This document shows, in pieces, positions 1 to 13,856 of a stretch of 64,000 nt of DNA (its first letter is position 1; the number at the start of each line of letters is the position of its first letter). The notes beneath the pieces are model-generated. The model saw nothing but the letters and a program-made list of their open reading frames with translations. It ran no database searches and had not been told where the DNA came from. A program made the translations under genes and the position numbers. Source of the stretch: Cycas panzhihuaensis. Its lineage: Eukaryota > Plantae > Cycadophyta. The stretch covers positions 96,417,741 through 96,481,740 of the forward strand of contig CM041465.1 in assembly GCA_023213395.1 (NCBI GenBank), given 5' to 3'.

Positions 1-207
1 TGGAGCATTAGAGCTAGGTGAAATAAAATTACATATAATGTACATGAAAGTGCATTTCACTTAAGTGTTCTAATTTAAAGTTTACTTAAGACCCTTTTTA
101 GAAATAATCAACTAATATAATGACCTTGTGACATTTACCCATTTCACTCGAGAGATTACATCTTAAAACTCTTAGAAGTACTATATGTATTGCATACTCT
201 TATTATG

Positions 208-423
208 GGTTAGATCATCATAGTTTATCCTCCTTAGCAATCTATGGTTCTGAGGTATAAACATGTCATAAAACTCTTTATAGGAATATATTATGTGTTA
301 GATCACCAAAGTTTATCTTCCTTAATGATCTATAGTTTAAAGATATTCTTTTGTTAAGGATTAGATCACCAAAGTTTAGACTTCTTAGTGATCTATGATT
401 TAAAGAATTGGTTTTGTTAGGAA
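208..423. repeat. Three imperfect copies of a ~63-bp unit (ttagatcaccaaagttta...) in the Tat-1 PR-RT spacer
   Basis: Units start near 210, 298 and 361; visible as repeated (N/S)xRSLRxxNFGDL in ORF 278..463. Confidence 0.75.
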
Positions 424-899
424 TAGGAGATGGATTAAGACTATTCTTAAAGGAGTAGCCCATAAATCTTAAGCATTCCCATGAAGAATCATACCAATAT
501 TAAGGCCTAATACTATGGAAAGGACACTTGGCAAGGTTAGTCAATGACTAAGGAAGAGTCTTAGGAGCCTTATTTAGGCAGTTAACAGAAAGATGACATG
601 GTATAGACTCATCACTAGATATAGAAGACTCAAAACTAGAGTTAGATATGAGATGAACCTGAGGTAAGGAGATTTATATAATGATAAGGTCATTTGGCCC
701 CCAAACATAATTAAGCATAGTTATAGTTCATACAAGATTATCTTTACTATTAGACTTCAAATCACTAAGGACACTAAGGTATACATAGTGCCCGATACCT
801 ATGGGCATAAAGTGGATTGCTCTTGACTCCAAATGGGTTGTGTCTTGGTTAAACCTTGGTCCTTCATCCTAAAACAAAAAATTAAGTATTTTCTCATCA

Positions 900-2650
900 T
901 TGAAGATAGCTTGTATGGTCACTTGGGGGTCTTAGTGATCCCAATCCTGACATCGCACTATGTAACCATATCCATCATGGGTGAACTTTAATTGACCCTA
1001 TAAGGTGAAATAAATAGACCTAATTTAGTTCAACCACAACATCCCTACAAGTAGGTTATAGTCTACCTTGGTGTTAAGGATGGTAATCTCAGTAAGGATA
1101 GTCTTATCCTCTAATGTCAACAAAATGTTGACACTCCTCATAGGAGCCTTCAGGATGCCATCATATCCTTAGAATTTCTAAGGGTCTAGCTCAAAAGAAC
1201 TAATGCCAAACCCTTAAAGCATTTGTATAGGCATAACATTAATAGAGGACCCTAAATTTATTATCATCCTCTCTAGGATACACTTTAGGATTTCTAAGGT
1301 GATTAAAAAAGGAGAGAGTAACTTGTTAACTCTCTCCTCGTAGGAAAGAAGATCCTTAGGGTCAAAGGCAATAAGAGGTCTCATAGATGGTTACATGTAT
1401 ATAAAATTGATCTCCTAAGGTTTCAAAACTTCTAAAAATAATTACCTATAGTTAGGGTAGCTATTGAGGACATCCATCATGGATATGCCTATAGAAATGA
1501 ACTAAAATTCTTTGATAATAAAAAGGGCTTCCCTTTGCGAATAGGTTGGGGGCACACCTTTATCATATCATATTGACATAATTAAACATAGATAGTCTTT
1601 GGAAGTACTAAGATTTCTATGGGTTAGGGATTTGAGGATGAAGTATCCTCAACTTCTTTAGAATCCTACACACAGTTTATGGAAAACATATGGGAAGTTT
1701 CAAGGATTTGGATGACTTGCTCTCTTTTGGGTTATAATATTAGGTTGCTTCAATTACCTCTTAGTTATTTTGACCTTGGGACTTAGGTAAGGATGATTAT
1801 TGCTCCTATTAGGAGCTTAAGAACTATTTATAAGCTTTAGAGTAGGGTGGTTAGACCCTTCCCTTACCCTTTTAGATCTATAAGCACATCATCTCTCTTG
1901 TTATTCTTTTACATAGGAGGGCACTAAGTGGCCTAATACACTAGCCTAAAGTCATGTTGACTATATGGTGGTTACCCTTATCTTTTAGCAAGGCTAGATT
2001 AAGGTTCAAGATCTTATACTACCTAGCTAAATGAACAAACAATAGAGGTGATGGAGTCTAGTATTTTATCTTATGCTTCAAACTATGATATAAGATCTCT
2101 ATATGGGTTTTAAAACTCTCACCATTGGGTGGGTTTAGTTAACCTTTTTAGGTTTACCTAAAACTCAATAAATTCTAGTGTGAGATATTTAGTGACCACA
2201 TTATCACAGGTAGTAGCATGTAGCACCTGTTTTGAGCTCTTCTACATAAACCTCAAGACATAGGGTACTAATTAAGATATTCCTCCTCAACTCCTTATGT
2301 AGCGTGGCCTTAGAGGAATGGATTAAAGTATAGAAATACTTGAAAAAATCTTTATTGAGCTTATCAAGGCCTTATTTTAGAGAGAAGAGACTTTGACTCC
2401 TCTCTTAAAGGGTCTTCATACATTAAAATAGTTAACAAATATGACAATTAACTATTAAAAGGTGTGTAAGGAATGGGGTGGCTAGTAATAAAACCATTTA
2501 AAGGGTATCCCTATAGAATGAGTACAAGAACATCTATATCATAATATGGCCATAAGATCTAAAGTTGATACATGCTAAGGAAAAAGCACCAACATAATCA
2601 GTTGGGCCTTAGTTGGGGGTCCCTTCAAATTTAGGGACCTAAGGTATATG
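900..2650 (-). pseudogene. Tat-1 gag core and aspartic protease remnants (many stops/frameshifts)
   Basis: Colinear homology to Tat-2 gag (from 23030) and protease (24437-24920). Confidence 0.75.
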
Positions 2651-5600
2651 TATGTATTTATGTGTGTGTTTATTTTTGGGGGAGGGGGGGGGCGGTGTTA
2701 CTAAGTCCATCTTAAGTGCCTTGAGGGATAATAGGCTAATTTGATAGTCTATAAACATGTATGCTCTAAGTTAGAGAAGTGGATCTATAGCTCCAATTTA
2801 GGGTTAGTATGTGAGTTAGGGCTAAATACCACCATAAGGGGGTTGCCCCTATTAGTAGGTCTAATACGATGGGATAAGAATAACTAAGGTTAACTAGGGG
2901 ATGCCCCTAGTTAAGTTTGGGTTTGCCACATGGCATATATACCCTCCATAAATACGGATTCTACAAGGATATACCTAAGTAGGAGGTGGTTGAATTAGTT
3001 GAGTGGGTTGAAATGGCTAACAATGAGTTTACCACAAGTTGGCGGTGGTTTGGTAGAGAGTGGGAGTCCTCCTTACACAAGAATACCCTAAAGGATACTC
3101 ATGCTTAGAGGAGTAGGTTAGGACTAGGCCTATTAGGCTTAATGGGATGGAATAAACTAGGTCTACCAAACTAGTTGAACAAGTGAAATATAGGTGGCAT
3201 TGAGAACTGGTGGTCAAATTTTGGCAAGTTGATAGGGGGGTTGACATGATTGTGTACTAATTAACACCCTTAGATAATGAATAACATTATAAGGTGGAGG
3301 ATGAGGAAGTGAATTTTGCCCATAAGGGTGATCTCGTAAGGGTGAAGGGGATCTATATTATAAATGGTATGTGGTTAAGCCCCAATATGTCCCCATTACC
3401 AGGGCATATAACTAAGTGGGAGATAAGGAGTAGGAGCAGGTTAAGTTACAACTTGTGTAGGTTATGGAATAGAACTAAGGATGACCTAAGCTATAGGAGG
3501 TAGGGGCACAAAATAAGGTATTAAGAGCATGGTAGGATTTGCCCAAGCCTTAGTGGATTACATAATGGAAGGATGGAGTCCCATGGTTGGCTAGACCAGA
3601 GGGACAAAATATGATGGGGAAATTGATCCTAAGATAAGGTAGGATAGAAATCAATCTTAAGACAAAGTAGGATAGGGTAATCAATCCTAGCATGGCAGAG
3701 CTAGGATCAAAGATAAACATCATGGGGAATAGAACATGCAATGTTGCATGTGAGGTTGCCTATACATGGGGTGTAGGGACGAATGAGCTTAAGCCAACAT
3801 TGTTCCTAAAGATGTGGGAAGCCCAAGTAAGAGTAGGAGTGAAAGTCACTAGCACCCCCTGGAAGTATGCCTTTAATGTGGAGATGGTTTCTAAGGAATT
3901 CTTTGGCTTGGAGATATGTTAGGGGTTTGCTACAATCACTTAGGACTAGTTGCATAAGTAAGTATGAGTTTGAGACTTAGGGGTAAGTGGGACAACCTAG
4001 GACTAAGTAACCCTAATAATATGGGATAGAGATCCAATAGGATTTGAGTAGCTAAGATCAAAGTTGTAGGGTATATGTGATCTCTCCATCCCATTAAGTA
4101 AAGTTACTTGAGGGTCATACAGGTCATTAGTTAGAAGGGATTCAATAACCTAATAAGAAGATAGTTGCTCCATTATAACACTAGGTTGAATAGGTTGGAA
4201 AGTGAATAAGACAAACTTAAATATGTTAATGGAAGAAAGACCTCATAGCTTCTAAGAGAACCAGGGCATGCAAAGAGAGACTACTAAAGGTGGAAAAGAA
4301 TGAAAAGGTCTAGACCAAGATGCATACTCGTCACCCTAACTTAGCATAAATGAGTAAGCAGTACTCGTGAATCATGTAATATCCTATCAAGTGGTTTGCC
4401 CTAAGGTAAAGATCTAAATTAGAGTAGGAAAAAGGAAAGTCAATGAAGGATTGGTAACTTTGATTAGTGAGTCCTTGTATGATCACCAAAGATGTAACTT
4501 ATGGGGGGTTATGTTACTCACACAACCTAACACTTGACTTAGGGTAAGAGATCTAGTTCAAAGAGGGGAGCCAAGTGACTTCCTCTCATAGACACTCATA
4601 TTCTATATAGATGCAAGTGTAAAGATAAATGGGAATCCCAAAATAGATGAAGATGATGTAAGCAAATAATGATGGTAAAGGGGAAGGGATATACTAAGCT
4701 AACATTTAATTAATCATGTAAGATAAAACAACCAAGTAAATATGCACATAATCAAAGCATTATAAAGCAAAAGCTACCTAAATAAAGCCTCCTTAGAAGG
4801 AACAAACAACACTAAAGAATGGTCTTAGGAGTTAGGAAGATCACTAGGGCATGAGTTCCCCAAATAACAATGAATCCTTATGAAACTATCCTATGAACTA
4901 TTACCCCTAAAGGTGACTAACCTCTACTTTATCCACCCTCCAATGTCATATGTGTCAACTCAATCTAAGAATACAAGAAGACTAATCAAATAAGAGAAAG
5001 AAAAAGAATTAGTCCATGGGATAAACCCTCTCACTAGTAAGTTAATGGGGACTCACTCGCCTAATAATGACCCACTCACAAGTATCAAAGATTTGGAAAT
5101 ACTTGTATCTAATTCTAATAAGCCTTACTATCTAAGTAATGAAGGAAGATAAAAAAAAGAATTCCTAATAGGACAAATGTTATTCATTCACTTTTTCTAA
5201 TTGTATGCCATCGGGATAATCAACCATTACTAAATTATTTAAAACATGGTGATAACCCAATGTGATCTTGGGAGCAAGGCTACGTTGCTCCATTGGTGAT
5301 GAAATCTAGTTGGAACCCTAAGTAGCCCCTTCTTTAGCACATGTGAAGACCCTACCCTAAATAAGAATACAAGTTCAAACTTTAATGTAATTATATGCTC
5401 ATCCATTTAAATGTGTATAACATGTTAATTTACTCTAAGTGTATGAACTTATGGCCCCATAAGTTTAAAGACTTGTAATAAGTACGAGATCCTCTACCCC
5501 ACAAAGTTTAACCTATCAAGCAAAACCTATAAGTAGAGGCTTTTCTTTATCCCCTTTCTCTTTAATGATGTAATTAAACTCTAATATATAAGAGGAAGAG

Positions 5601-5784
5601 TAAGAATAGATAATGATACAACCAATTATGTAATTATGTAAGCCATTCCTTTTTCCTCTTTTTATAAATTCAAATAAGAACAAGGGAAAAGAGAGTTATT
5701 TCACTTTTTCTTTTGAAATAAAAATAAAAATAAAAATTAGCATACTTCCTAGCTTTGAATTATTATTATTATTTTTTAAATTTG

Positions 5785-6135
5785 TGGAGCATTTCCTTTC
5801 ATAAAACCAATCTTGCAAATGTAGATTAATAGAAATGGAAGCCAAATATCACCTTAATGAGAACAAAATATGTAAATAGATCACAAATTAAACACTAAAG
5901 GGAGTATCAAAGTACTTTATCTTTAAAAGATAATAATAATCAACAACCTTTACAAGTGATATTTGACCCTTTAAATAGATATGAGGGGGTCTTCTTCATT
6001 GTAATTCTATTAGTGGCCTTACATCTTATTAGAGGGCTTAATGGCTTATACATAAATCTTAATAACTACCATCAATCCTTAGCCCTTTAGTAGCTCCTAC
6101 TTATTAGTGCTTAAGAAAGGTAGGGTTACGTTACA
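5785..6135 (-). repeat. Chromovirus 3' LTR
   Basis: TG...CA ends (tggagcatttcc...gttaca); alignable over its full length with 38326-38685; adjacent purine tract aggaggagggacc on minus. Confidence 0.92.
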
Positions 6136-6149
6136 GGTCCCTCCTCCTG

Positions 6150-8630
6150 AGACATTGAGCCCCCATAGCATTGGAGATGAAGATATTGTTGGACAAACTC
6201 ATTAGATTTTTAAGTTACTTCATTTACATCATAACTGACCCACTATACTAAATGCTCACAAATAGTGTGATTCTGGACGTAATGTTGGTGGTTGGCAAGG
6301 ATTTTATTAGATGGAATTATAAAAGCTTGCTCCTTAGAAAGAATGGATAAGGTGGTATAGTGTGTAACTTTAGCTTCAAGGTATTTTTTTAGGAAAGAGA
6401 CATGGAAAACATTATGGATATTGGTGTTCGATAAGAGTTCAAGGCCATATGCAACTTCACCAATTTTGTAGAGGATTCTATAAGGGTAGTAGTAATAGGG
6501 GCTTAGTTTATAACCTTGATATGACTTAAGAGATTGTTGCTTATATTAGATCTCCAATGTCAAAGGATTAATCAGACCGTTGATAGTTAATAATTTACTT
6601 CATTTGATTTTAGGTAGTAGCTAGATTCTATCGAAGGGTATGGAGGATTTGGTCCATCTCTTAAAGCTTTTGTTATATGGAGGCCATTTGAAAGATTATG
6701 ACTAAGGTATAGTAGGAAGGGGGTGGTAAGGGGGACATACCAATGGCAGAATAATGAGAGGATTTATACCAATACTCTACTAGCAAGAGCTAGGAGGTCT
6801 ACTTAGCTTGGTGTTCTAAGGTAAATCAACATAGATAGGTTTCTAAGGTTTTGTTTACGATGTTAAATTAGCCATTTATTTGTAAGTATTAGGTAGAACT
6901 CATGTTAAATAAGGTTATGATAACCTTAAAGAGTTCTTACTAAAAGAAGTTGATAAACTTAAGGTCTCAATTACAAATGATGGATGAAGGGAAACCATGA
7001 AGGCAAAATGAATTGGACATATAAGTTAACAAGACGGGAGGACACATATGAGGTGTGAACTAGGAGGAAGTATGAATACTTGATTAATTGATCAATGATT
7101 ACCCAAATAGAATCAAACCCAATAGATGGAGGTAAGCATGTTATAAAGTCCATGGCAATATCCTGCTACTTACCTTGTGGAATATTTCATGGTTAGAGAA
7201 GTCCAAGAAGGGCTTTAGTATTGATTTTGTTTTGTTGTTAGATGCATTAATAAGTTTTATCAAACCGTAAGTAGTCATCGAGGTGAGAAGAGTGGTATTC
7301 GATTAGGATTTTAGGTATGAACAAGGAGGATAGGTGGACAAAGATGTGATTTCAATAGAGTAGATGATTGTTAAAGGTTGACCAACCTTTGTGGGTGAAA
7401 ACATTTTTACTCTAGTTAGGGTAGTCAGGTTGGGGTTGGTTTTTAACCCGTAATTTATCAAGCAAAAGTGGTTAGGGCTTGGTTATGGCATAGAGGCTCT
7501 GATTGGGAGTATTATCATCAAGGTGGAGACATGAAAGGGCATACGTGACTCTATTGTCTTTGCTTTTTTTATATAATATTGGATAAGACTAGCTGATCCA
7601 ATAGGTTATGGAGGCTATGATGATCTGTGAGAATAGTAAATTTAAAGCTTAAGAGATATTATCATTATTTATCAATAGCATGAAGAATAACTTTCATCTC
7701 CTTCTAGTATATAGAGAGATGGAGCTTATGATTTTTCAATTTTTAGCTCTTGAATACAATGGAGTGAGAGTCTTGTATTAAGACTACACCTAGGCTAAAT
7801 CTTAAGGCATCACATTCCAGTTAGAAAGGCTAGTTAAAATCAAGAGTAATGAGGATTGGGATAGAGGTCATTACAACCTTGAGATGAGAAAAAGCAACAT
7901 CAACTTCTAGAGACCATTTGGAAAGCATCTTTAAGAATGAGATTGGTTAAGGAGGCAATGACGGCAACGTAGTTACATACAAAATATTAGTAGAATCCTA
8001 TGAGGTTGAGGAATCCACATAGTTGGGTAAGGGTGGCAGGTGTTGACCAAGTAGTGATGATGGGTACTTTATCAGGATCCATGTGTATCCCTTTTGATGA
8101 TATAATATACCCCAAGTATTTGAGTTTAGATTGCCCAAACTTATACTTAGATAATTTTGCATAGAATTGGTGGTTTTGTAATGTTTGAAGAACAATTTCA
8201 AAGTGTTAGATATAGTGATCTAGATAGACACTATAAATAAGAATATCATCAAAGAAAATTGTGATGAGTTTTTAGAGATAGGGGCTAAAAATTTTGTTTA
8301 TGAGAACTTGAAAAATTATCGAGGTATTACAAAGACTAAAGGGAATTATACAAAATTTAAAATGGCCATGATATATCTGAAATGTCATCTTATGGCAATC
8401 TTCTAGGGTAATTAGGATCTGTATTAACTAGACTGAAGGTCTAATTTAGAAAAAATAGTTACACCATGGATTTTGTCCAACATGTTATCTATAGAAGGGA
8501 TGGAAAACTTATCTTTTATGGTAATTTTATTTAGTTCCCTATAATTAACATAGAGGCAAAAGGAACCATCCTTCTTCCTAAGTAAGATAATTGGATCCGT
8601 ATAAGGGCTTTTACTTGGTTGGATTATGCC
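6150..8630 (-). pseudogene. Chromovirus pol 3' part: RT, RNase H, integrase, chromodomain-like tail
   Basis: GIIQPSKSPYTDPIILLRKKDGSFCLYVNYRELNKITIKDKF (RT); MDFITCLPPSIGFDSIWVIID (INT core); ILANHQHYVQNHTICEHLV*W (chromodomain-like, ~6200-6310). Confidence 0.88.
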
Positions 8631-10720
8631 TATTTCTTGGCCACTGTGAATGAATTGGGGTGACACGACACAAGTAAGAATAGGTATGTTTCTATCCTAT
8701 TCATCTTATTTACCTTTTTGCTTCCATTGAGATATGCTTATGATTATGGATGCATGTTACGATTACATAGTTACCTGGCTACTTAACATCTGCCTATTCC
8801 CCTTAGTTGTGCATGAATCTATACTTATGACAATTAGGACTTCAACCTAAATGGAACTATATAGCTCTTGGGTGTTTCCTCCTCAAGTTAATGGGTATCC
8901 ACGAGCCTCCATAACATGTTTCGCTTCACTTTCAGTTTGTTGCATGTCACTCTTATTCACTCTTTCCTTACCTGTGACCTCTCGTTCACCTCTTAGCCTA
9001 CCAAGGTGACTTATCAAGGTCCTTCATGATTTGATGCAACCCTTTATCTCATCTTACATAGGTCCTACTTGCTTGCTTGCTTCTGTTTACTCATTTGTTT
9101 TATTTTCTCATGATCTTGAGTTTGTTCGTTCACCCCTTTTCGCCATCCTTGCCACTCATTTGGCCCCTAGTCAGCACTTGGACATTATAACAACCTTGGT
9201 TTCTGCTAGGTCCTCACCCTTTACTAGTTTTTTGTTGGTTTTTGTAGCCTTTTTTTTAGATTTATGGCCATGTCTTTACCCCACAAGAATGTTTACGATA
9301 CCGCGGCTAAACATACCATACCACAAACAATTCCATGGTGCGACTGAAAATAGAACGTGGCCATAAATAGCTATAACCACATTTAATGTGAGCTTGACAT
9401 AATCCCTAGCCTTAAGACCAACCCAGATCAGGCCCTAATGGTCTTGAGACCCCATCCAAGACATAAAACCTTTATTTTAAATTCATTAAGGGGGGCAACT
9501 TCTCATTTTTTGAACAAGATTTCTCACTATTCTCTAAGAGCTCTCATTCCCTTGACAATCTACTCATAGAGCAAGTATTTTGGTAAAGAGAAAGGAGATA
9601 GAACATAGCTCCACAATAGTGGAAGGTCAACCTCAAGCTATCAAAACATGAAGAGGAGCTAGTTTTTCTTCCTAACACATGAATTACTCCTATGAAATTC
9701 TTAGCTTTGGTTCAAAACACTCTTCTACATCAACCTCTCCTTCATCCAAGAGGTAAGCTACTTTGCTATAGTTTTTTCACCATGAAAACATTTGAGTTTC
9801 CATTCCTTTTCCTTAAGTATTTGTTGTATATGGTGTTGATCTCATAATTTAGAAGAGACTTCATATGCATAAGTCTTGTTCCCTTGAGAATCTTGGAGGC
9901 AACATCTCCCTTTGCTTGTAACACCCCCTTTGTTTCACCTCCAAATCATTGGTAAATAGAGGATAGGGAGCCTAATCAACCAAGGGAAGTAGTAGGAAGG
10001 TCCATTGGCCTGAGTTCCAACTCTAAAGGGTCCCTTTTGCTTGGGTAACCCCCCTTCCAAGCTTCATGGCATCCTACCACACCTCTACCTTGCCAATGCA
10101 ATATTTGTGATTATGAAACATTGGTAACTTTTGCAACACCTCCCTTGTAACCTTTTACACTTCACCACAACAACATTACAACTTGCATTTTATCATGTGT
10201 TACACACCACCTATTAGAGACACCACCCCACATAGGACCTTGCCATCTCGAGGTGGCATCCCTACTCCTCACCTTTCCTTTCACTCATACATTGCATGTT
10301 GCATGTTACATTAGGCATTAAAATATTGGTTGCAACTGTGTTTCCTATTACTCAACAAGAATAGATGTCATAATTGATATCCATTAGTAGATTGGTGTAT
10401 ATATAGAAACTTGTTGCTTGTAGAAGTTGTTTACTTGCATAGCACAAGTAGAGGTGGATCTGTCTACAAGTAAGGCAACACTTAATCCTATGGTAACATA
10501 CCTTTGCTTTTGATTTGGTTACTCTCTCAATTGTTGTTATTTCTTTTATTTTTGTTTTTTTTCTAGTTTACTTATTTGGAACTTGGGGAAGATAAGGAAG
10601 CCCCACCAAGACTCTCCCAACAACACTTATGACAACAAGAGAAGCAAAGTTATCGATGAAGAGCGTGCATGGAGAAAGAGTTACATCGCTTCATCAGTCA
10701 TCTCATATCTGAGTGCACTC
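8631..10720 (+). repeat. Tat-2 5' LTR, first part (interrupted by Tat-3)
   Basis: Start tatttcttggccactgtgaatgaattggggtgacac matches tgtttctcgaccactaggaatggattgggatgacac at 33607; 10488-10720 matches the 3' LTR. Confidence 0.85.
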
Positions 10721-13435
10721 TGGATGCACGTCTACAGGATAGCTACCTAATTGAGTAGGAATAATGAAGGTGGTCAATGGCACTATCGGGTGCGGACAAG
10801 AACCTACGAGCAAGGCAAATACTGCGCAGGGTGCCCCGTGCGCCAAAGCACGAGTTTGGGACCTGTGGATGGTACTTAGCTACTAAGAGGTGGTTCCCCA
10901 CTTCTTCTAGGAAAAGAGGAGGCAAAAGAGTAGTCAGGATGGATCCTAAAGAAAGGGTCCTCCCACCCTTGGATGGCCAGAAGGGAAGGGAGAGAAACCC
11001 TCAAGGGTTCCCCGTAGCAAAAGGAAACAAGTAGGTGAATAACATACGGTTAAGACTCCCTTGGTTGCTCGAACGAATGGAGGAAACTAAGGAGAGATGT
11101 GAAGGACAATCGAGAAGAGCGAAGGTGCCAAAGGCACACAAGCAAACAGAGCAAAAGCAATGCAAGCTAAGATAGCAATGGGCAAAGCTTACAAACTAAA
11201 AGGGAAAGATTGGGAGAAAACCTTTCCTATAATAGATGCGATGTATAAAGGGTGCTAAACTGAATGTAAATCAAAAGAAGAATTAATTTCCCTTTTCCTT
11301 TCAAATGATCTAATTACTACTATGCAAAATCTTCTAAAGAAAGAGAATAAAACTAGAGCGAAGGCACATACCCAGAATGGAGACACGATTGAAGCGGCAG
11401 CATTCCCACAAGGCATCTAAGATCGCTCCACGAAGCACGGTGAAGGAGAGGGGTCGTGGTAGGGCGAAGCATGGGGCTTCCTTACCTTCCCCGGGAATGA
11501 CACAAGAGTGCCAAGAAAGGAAAAAAAGGATAGCGATAACAGTAAATAAAGTGTTATAATAAATATGAATACATACACTTACCTAAGAGAGAGGAAAAGG
11601 GATGAGTCCTTTGTGTCCTCTGTGTACCTGCAAGTAAGTGAGAATATCCCTTTCTGGAGAAAGGGTGCTAGCAATACAAAATGGAATCCTAACAACACGT
11701 GTATGTATGTACCAAATATAAGCCTCTATACATGTATGTTAGCATTCATTAACCACAAGATTGCAACAATAAACTATGATGAAAACTATCCAAATGAATG
11801 GTGGATAAGTTGGTAAGCCTCGAAGTGGCCTACCTCCCACAAAGAGCAACCCCACCTTCCCTCAAGAAGCCACAAGGCAGCGAGGATAGGGATGTACAAG
11901 GGGTTGGAAAATAGAGACAACAAAGGTACAATGAAGCTCAAAGAGATACCCAATAAACCAGAGTGCTATGTGAAGCAAATTAGGTTGCTAAGAACAAGAT
12001 TGAGCTAGGGACAAGTAGTCGGGGCTTATGCATTACCCAAATGAAGGATATAGGCCTATAAACCAGTGTTGCAACCAGTGCAAGTGTTGATTTCAATGGT
12101 TGGAAATAGACTTTTAACCCTTAGCCTCACCATAAGAGTAGCATGGGGGCAAAGAGGAAGGTTTGGGGGGCGGGAGCCTCTTAGGGAGTGTGAGGATGGT
12201 GCGGAGTCCACCCAGCTCTATCCCAAACCTTATGCAACCCTCTTTGGCCACTGTCCTAGGCATGAAATGTGAGAAAATAAGGCTAAACAACAGGGGAAAC
12301 AATCCAAAACAAAGGCAATAAGCAACCTCCAAAAGTAAGATAAAATAGGCCAAAATAAAACATACAAAACTAAGTACAAACTGGGCAAGGAAAGACCTTG
12401 GACCAATAAATACCTTTGAAGAAGATGGGAGGCATTTGCCTCTATCAAAACCTACTGAAGAGAGGCTGAGAAATATGAAGACAAGCTGTGGAGTAGTAGG
12501 TATGGAGTCCCTGCTAAGATGGCTGAAGAAAAAACCCTACACTTGAAACCACTTAATGGCTACCCAGGCAAAGAAGTCCTCAAAACCCTTCAAGGAAGCC
12601 CTCTCTAAGGCATGTAAGGGGCTGTGAAGATGTCACAGTAGTTCCAAAGGAGAGCTAGGCACTGGAGAGTAATTGTAGGTCCTAGAACGGTAGTGGAGCA
12701 GTAGGAGATAGCAGACAGTAGGGCATTTTTCCTTGTGATCCTTCTAAAAATGAGCCAAAAGATCCTTAGAATGAGTTGGGTAAGACTTAAATACCCAGCC
12801 TCAACCCTAATTGAGCAATTAGGGCACCACTGGCGGTGAGTTGAGTCGCGAGACATATGGCAATTCTGCGATAAATGCGAGAATTACCATGGTGGTTTTT
12901 AAAAACAAGTCATGACAGTCGCACCGTGGTAAACTTCGTGGTACTGTCGTAAGTTTTGCAGTACCATGAAATCTACCGCGGTACAGGACTAGGGGCCAAA
13001 ACTAGCCTAGACAGCCAACCTGGGCTATGGACCAGTGACCTAGGAGGTCGGTAGGGGGCGGGCCCACCTGCCCAGGGGTAGACAAGCAGAGAAATGAGCC
13101 ACAGGAAGCAACAATGGGACTCAAAGGGTGTGACAAGTCAACCAAATGATGACGGGTCATTATACGGGCGAGCATAATATTGACCAAGTGGGTCTTAAGG
13201 TGAGCAGGGCAGAATGCAGGAAGTGACGCGGCCACCGGGGTATCACACTCGCTGAGAATATGCCCCTACTATAGTCATCATAGTCTGGATAGGTGTAGAT
13301 GACAACAAGATCATCTACGAGATCATAGCATGCAAGTAGATACTCATCACAAAAGAAAACAACAACAAGATGAGAAATATACCTGTACTTACCTGAGTCG
13401 ATTGCTCCGTATCTATTCTTGGAAGCCAAGAAACA
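10721..13435 (-). repeat. Tat-3 3' LTR (~2.7 kb)
   Basis: Minus strand begins TGTTTCTTGG right after PPT aagggggaaag (13436-13446) and ends GTGCATCCA; both termini are homologous to the Tat-2 LTR termini. Confidence 0.88.
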
Positions 13436-13856
13436 CTTTCCCCCTTGGCAGCAGAGCCTCGTTGCTTGGAAGTAAGGTATGACGGCGAATGCTGGCAACA
13501 CAACTATCAGTAGCACATGTGTATGAAGATATATAAATCAAGATTATAACAGTAGTCAAGGGTGCCAGTGAATGTCGTGGCAGAACACGTGGATACAAAG
13601 GTAGAGGTGGAGACAACATAGGGGCTACCTATGTGCCACCCAGGAATCGACTGGAAAACACGAAGGGTGAGGGGGGCTGCCCCCACCACGAAAGATGCAA
13701 AGAGATATGCATAACAAAGTAGAAGAGATAAATGAATAAAACTAGTAGTCACCATAGTTTAACCGCATTAGCGGCTAGGTTTCAGAGGTGCGAACGAGTC
13801 ACAAGATGACGAGCATGACAACCTAGGGCTTGGGTGATAGAGCGACCAGACAAGCC

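Larger units (their letters stand above)
1..5784 (-). mobile_element. Degraded Ty3/gypsy Tat-like LTR retrotransposon (Tat-1): PR-RT spacer, protease, gag, degraded PBS and part of the 5' LTR; pol continues left of the window
   Basis: Minus-strand translation near 1250-1385 (RPLIAFDPKDLLSYEERV...ILERMIINLGSSINVMP) matches the Tat-2 protease region (REPIIAFDLKDLP...LRRIIVDNGSSVNLIP). Near 2460-2640, VPKFEGTPN*GPTDYVGAFSLACINF matches Tat-2 gag VPKFDGTSSQDPTKLVRSFSMACINY. PBS-like tggtgatcatacaagga at 4472-4488. The LTR probably resumes after 38690. Confidence 0.8.
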
